Source: Myxococcota bacterium (GTDB taxonomy: Bacteria; Myxococcota_A; UBA796; UBA2385). From it: 64,000 nt of DNA. The DNA lies in the NCBI GenBank assembly GCA_044344255.1, contig JBIJDH010000006.1, forward strand, positions 192,001 to 256,000, written 5' to 3'. A model generated the notes under the pieces. It made no database searches and had not been told where the DNA came from. It saw nothing but the letters and a program-made list of their open reading frames with translations. Both the position numbers and the translations under genes were made by a program. This document shows, piece after piece, positions 61,627-64,000 of the stretch. Within the stretch, counting starts at the first letter, position 1, and each line of letters opens with the position of its first letter.

Positions 61627-64000
61627 ATGCGCCCGACCCTCTGGCTGTTGCTCCCTTGGATGGCCCTCGCCTGCGCTGGCGGCAAGACCGTGGAGGCCGA
61701 CGGCGGCGGGGATGAGGGCGCGGACGGCGCCGACGGAGCGGACGGGGCCGACGGCGGCGACGGGACGGACGGCGGCGACGGCGGCGGTGACACGGGCAAC
61801 CCGGCCTCCGGCTGGGCGTGGTCCGACGGGCCCGCCCTCCCCGCCTGTACCCCCTCGACCGCCTCGGGTGACCTCATCGCCCTCTCCGGCGTGGTGCTCC
61901 TGCCCGACGGCCCCGTCGCGGGCTCGGTCGTCTACGATCGCGGCAGCGGGCTCATCACCTGCGCAGGTGAGGGCTGCAGCACCGCCAGCGCCACCGTGAT
62001 CTGCACCGAGGGCGTCATCAGCCCCGGGCTCATCGACACCCACGACCACCTCCAGTACAACGCCATCCCGCCCTGGCAGCACGAAGACCTCTACTGTGAC
62101 CGCTACGAGTGGCGCTCCGACGACGCGTACTACGACTACCGCACCGCCTACGACGCCATCACCGACAGCTACGACTGCGAGATCATGAAGTGGGCCGAGC
62201 TCCGCCAGCTCGTCGGCGGCTCGACCTCGGCGGTGGGCTCCTCGGGGGGCGACTGTATCAACGGCCTCATCCGGAACCTCGATGAGAGCTCGGACGCCAG
62301 TCATGTCGACGACTATTATCTGTACTACTCCGCCTCGACCGTGACGGACAACTTCGACTCTGGGGACGGCGCCTCCTACGCCGCCGCCCTGTCGTCGGGC
62401 TCGACGGACGCGGTCTTCAACCACGTCGGCGAGGGCGTCTGCGGCCTCGACGCCGACGAGATCGACCACATGTTCGACGTCGGCATGTCCGGCCCCGGGC
62501 AGGCCTGGATCCACGTCGCCGACAGCGACGCCGGTGACTTCGCCCGCATGGCCGCCGACGGCACCACCCTCGTCTGGGCCCCGCGCAGCAACCTCGACCT
62601 CTACGGGAACACCGCCGCCATCGACGTGGCGCTGCGCATCGGCGTGCCGGTCATCCTCGGCCCCGACTGGACCTGGTCGGGCTCGGCCAACGTCAACCAG
62701 GAGATGCGCTGCGCCCAGCAGTACATCGCCTCGCGCGGCACCGGTGACCTCAGCGACGAGCGCCTCTGGGCGATGACCACCGGCGACGCCGCCCGCGCCC
62801 TCGGCCTGGACGGCAAGCTCGGCAGCCTGTCTGAGGGCTTCACCGCTGACATCTCCGTCTTCGCCTGGTCGCCCCAGCCCTACCGCAGCATCGTCGAGGC
62901 CGAGCAAGAGGATGTTCGCCTCGTGATCGTTGATGGGGAGGCCCTCTACGGGGTGCCCTCGCTCATGGACGGGGCGGTCTCGAACCCCGACTACTGCGAG
63001 GAGGTGAGCGCTTGCACCGAGGCCCGCACCCTCTGTGTGCAGTTCGGCAGCTCCGGCGACGACGCCCAGACCTACACCGACCTCGAGGGGCTGCTCACCG
63101 CGGCCCTCTCCGGGGTCTCGATGCCCGAGGGGCTCGAGTACGCCGGCGCCCTCGACCCGCTGTGGCGCTGCGACGAGCCGCCCTCCTGTGACCTCTCGAG
63201 CCCCACCGCCGACGACACCGACGGCGACGGCGAGGCGGACAGCGCCGACAACTGCCCGGCGAGCTGGAACCCCGAGCAGCAGGACTTCGACGGCGACGGT
63301 CTCGGCGACCCCTGCGACGTCTGCCCGCTCGCCGCCGACAGCGAGGACTGTGAGACCAGCGCCGAGGACGTCGATGGCGACGGCATCGCCACCGTGGACG
63401 ACAACTGCCCCTACGCCGCCAACGAAGACCAGGCCGACGGCGACGGCGACGGAAAGGGTGACGTCTGCGACGAGTGCCCCGAGGTCTCGAACCCCGGCGC
63501 CGCCGCCTGCCCCACCACCATCGAGTCCGTGCGCGACCCCGCGGCGCCTGACCACCCCGCCGAGGGCGAGTCCGTCGCCGTGAGCGGCGTCGTCACCGGC
63601 ATTGACCCCGAGACCGGCTTCACCATCCAGGACCCCTCGGAGGCGGACGGTTACGACGCGCTCTACGTCTACGACAACGGCGACCACACGGTGGCCTTGG
63701 GCGACGTCGTCACCGTGAGCGGCGTCTACACCGAGTTCTACGAGCTCACCGAGCTCACCGAGATCTCGGAGGTGACCGTGACCGCGAGCGGCACCCCCGT
63801 GCCGGACCCCGTCACCATCGACGACGCCTGTGACATCGGCACCGGCGGGGCCGACGCCGAGCGTTACGAGTCGATGCTGGTCGAGGTGGTGGACGTGACC
63901 GTCTCGAGCAGCAACCCGGACGACCCGAGCGACTACGACGAGTTCGAGGTCAACGGCTGCCTCCGCGTCGATGACGCCTTCTACGCCGACCTCGTCGACG
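61627..64000 (+). CDS. large lipoprotein: amidohydrolase domain, thrombospondin type-3-like repeats and OB-fold-like region; runs off the window
   Basis: Not in the ORF track as one ORF because it has no stop; MRPTLWLLLPWMALAC, PGLIDTHDH, HVGEG, WAPRSNL, LGPDW, DGDG/DNCP repeats, GFTIQD. Confidence 0.85.
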   Translation, partial: MRPTLWLLLPWMALACAGGKTVEADGGGDEGADGADGADGADGGDGTDGGDGGGDTGNPASGWAWSDGPALPACTPSTASGDLIALSGVVLLPDGPVAGSVVYDRGSGLITCAGEGCSTASATVICTEGVISPGLIDTHDHLQYNAIPPWQHEDLYCDRYEWRSDDAYYDYRTAYDAITDSYDCEIMKWAELRQLVGGSTSAVGSSGGDCINGLIRNLDESSDASHVDDYYLYYSASTVTDNFDSGDGASYAAALSSGSTDAVFNHVGEGVCGLDADEIDHMFDVGMSGPGQAWIHVADSDAGDFARMAADGTTLVWAPRSNLDLYGNTAAIDVALRIGVPVILGPDWTWSGSANVNQEMRCAQQYIASRGTGDLSDERLWAMTTGDAARALGLDGKLGSLSEGFTADISVFAWSPQPYRSIVEAEQEDVRLVIVDGEALYGVPSLMDGAVSNPDYCEEVSACTEARTLCVQFGSSGDDAQTYTDLEGLLTAALSGVSMPEGLEYAGALDPLWRCDEPPSCDLSSPTADDTDGDGEADSADNCPASWNPEQQDFDGDGLGDPCDVCPLAADSEDCETSAEDVDGDGIATVDDNCPYAANEDQADGDGDGKGDVCDECPEVSNPGAAACPTTIESVRDPAAPDHPAEGESVAVSGVVTGIDPETGFTIQDPSEADGYDALYVYDNGDHTVALGDVVTVSGVYTEFYELTELTEISEVTVTASGTPVPDPVTIDDACDIGTGGADAERYESMLVEVVDVTVSSSNPDDPSDYDEFEVNGCLRVDDAFYADLVD

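Overview
GC-rich bacterial chromosome segment, probably Myxococcota-like (inferred from the many lipoproteins with Gly/Thr/Asp repeats, a MYXO-CTERM-like tail and several sigma-54 promoter matches). From 1 to 39.9 kb it is mostly core and secretome genes: plsX, mqnC-like radical SAM, DMT transporter, RluA, modBC, persulfide dioxygenase, RRM protein, gcvP/gcvT/gcvH, archaeal-type AspRS, HDAC, a DUF5682-VWA plus SWIM pair, TPR-GGDEF, porin, PLD, a 2351-aa alpha-2-macroglobulin-like protein and a GT2. From 39.9 to 57.1 kb is a rearranged defence island. It holds a decayed second copy of the GT2-end/REP/cas3 junction with a CotH gene, a WYL regulator, an apparently intact type I-G (I-U) cas3 and a csx17/cas8g gene cut by an IS whose other end abuts a CRISPR array (21 spacers). 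No cas7, cas5/6, cas1, cas2, cas4 or leader is present in the window. The island ends with a second transposase frameshifted by a 13-nt insertion and two tandem AAA-ATPase/PD-(D/E)XK genes. From 57 to 64 kb are a DUF1028 gene, a SPASM-motif relic, two paralogous lipoproteins, a deoxynucleoside kinase and a large amidohydrolase lipoprotein that runs off the end. No rRNA or tRNA was seen. I could not identify an intact novel system with confidence. The best leads are the orphan array whose spacers are mostly antisense to coding DNA, a motif shared upstream of the WYL gene and cas3, the tandem ATPase-nucleases and the ATPase-less Yeh-like pair. All family calls come from reading motifs by eye, not from database searches.
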